Shown in pieces: positions 63,066-64,000 of a stretch of 64,000 bases of DNA. A program made the translations under genes and the position numbers. Position 1 is the stretch's first letter. Each line of letters starts with the position of its first letter. The notes beneath the pieces were generated by a model. That model ran no database searches. It was not told where the DNA came from and saw nothing but the letters and a program-made list of their open reading frames with translations. Source of the DNA: Mobula birostris (taxonomy: Eukaryota); assembly GCF_030028105.1 (NCBI RefSeq), contig NC_092387.1:58995299-59059298 (forward strand), read 5' to 3'.

Positions 63066-64000
63066 GTAAGGAGTTCCTATTCCTGTGGTCACCTCTATCC
63101 CTCTGTGTATTAGCTTCATAATTCTCAAACTCCTCAGTAGATATGTTCGTGATCTTTCTTCAGTCATACTCCAGTCATCTGCTCCTAGTCTCATCTTTTA
63201 CTGCCATTTTCTCTCTTGCTTTGACTGTGCTCAAACCACCTTCCGTTTTTCCTGAGATTGAGTTATTTCAGCAAAGCTTCATCTGCACCCTTCAGTCTTT
63301 TTCAAAGGCTTGCTACAGCCTTCCCTTCTAACTTTGCCAAAGATTCAAGTTTATCACATGTTCATCGAAACATACAGCAACATTTGTGTTGGGTGTCAAC
63401 ACAACTAAGGGTGTGCTAGGAGCAGACCACAAGTGTCTCCACACATCCTGGTGCCAACATGGCATGCCCACATGCATACACAGTCCTCTAACCCCAAGAC
63501 AGTCCATCTTCCTCAGCCTCCAGTCTTGGATTCAGACTCGGGCATGCAGACATTGGGCTGTCAGCTACTCCAGCAGACTCAGAGGTTTGCAGACTGTGCC
63601 TTGACTTTATTGATGTTAGGGTACAAATCAGTCAAGACTATTTCTTGATCAAGACTCTGTCATACTTTGAAGCTTGTTGCAAACATGAAATATGGGTAGA
63701 ATAAATATTTGTATTTGATTAAATAGTGTGAACACTTAGAAAAGGACAAAAGAAATAACCATTTGAATTGTCAATTTCCACCTATGTACAGTATAGATGG
63801 AACAATCACTTCAGAAAATGATCACAATTAACCTGCCTCTGTTTTGACCTGTTTTGAGAAATTATTGCTTCATGACATTAAATATAAGGATTGTGTATCT
63901 AGATGTTAGACCAGAGTAATGTGATGTGAGATTGTTCTGGTCCTCGGCTGAATTAACAATCACAGTTCATTAAGATCTATTGCTGAAAGCTTAAATTTCA

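Overview
Eukaryotic (vertebrate) genomic DNA, most likely a cartilaginous fish such as a ray or shark. That assignment is inferred from the CR1/V-SINE/Penelope/Rex1 repeat mix. Three protein-coding loci are supported. (1) A complete 8-exon mannose-6-phosphate isomerase gene (MPI), minus strand, 28786->7761, 1263 nt, 420 aa, all introns GT-AG. (2) The first 4 coding exons of SCAMP2, plus strand from 33710, divergent from MPI and running off the window, with a probable GC-AG intron 3. (3) A probable first coding exon of an unidentified minus-strand gene at 2193->2115. The rest is intron/intergenic DNA dense with retroelements: a young but lesioned 3.5-kb CR1 LINE, many CR1 fragments, a 5'-truncated L1-clade copy with a 16-bp TSD, Rex1/Babar-like fragments, a Tc1 relic, V-SINEs and many Penelope-like (PLE) pieces. 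The most notable signal is that the PLE 3' tail carries a minimal type I hammerhead ribozyme (CUGAUGA-stem II-GAAACGUC). Two copies have an intact core (29168-29205 minus; 47676-47712 plus, sense within SCAMP2 intron 1). The tail is dispersed as 70-470 bp, often fold-back, inserts with 11-16 bp TSDs, one of them in the SCAMP2 promoter. Gene and element names come from recognising translated motifs by eye, not from database searches. Repeat boundaries are approximate unless a TSD is given.
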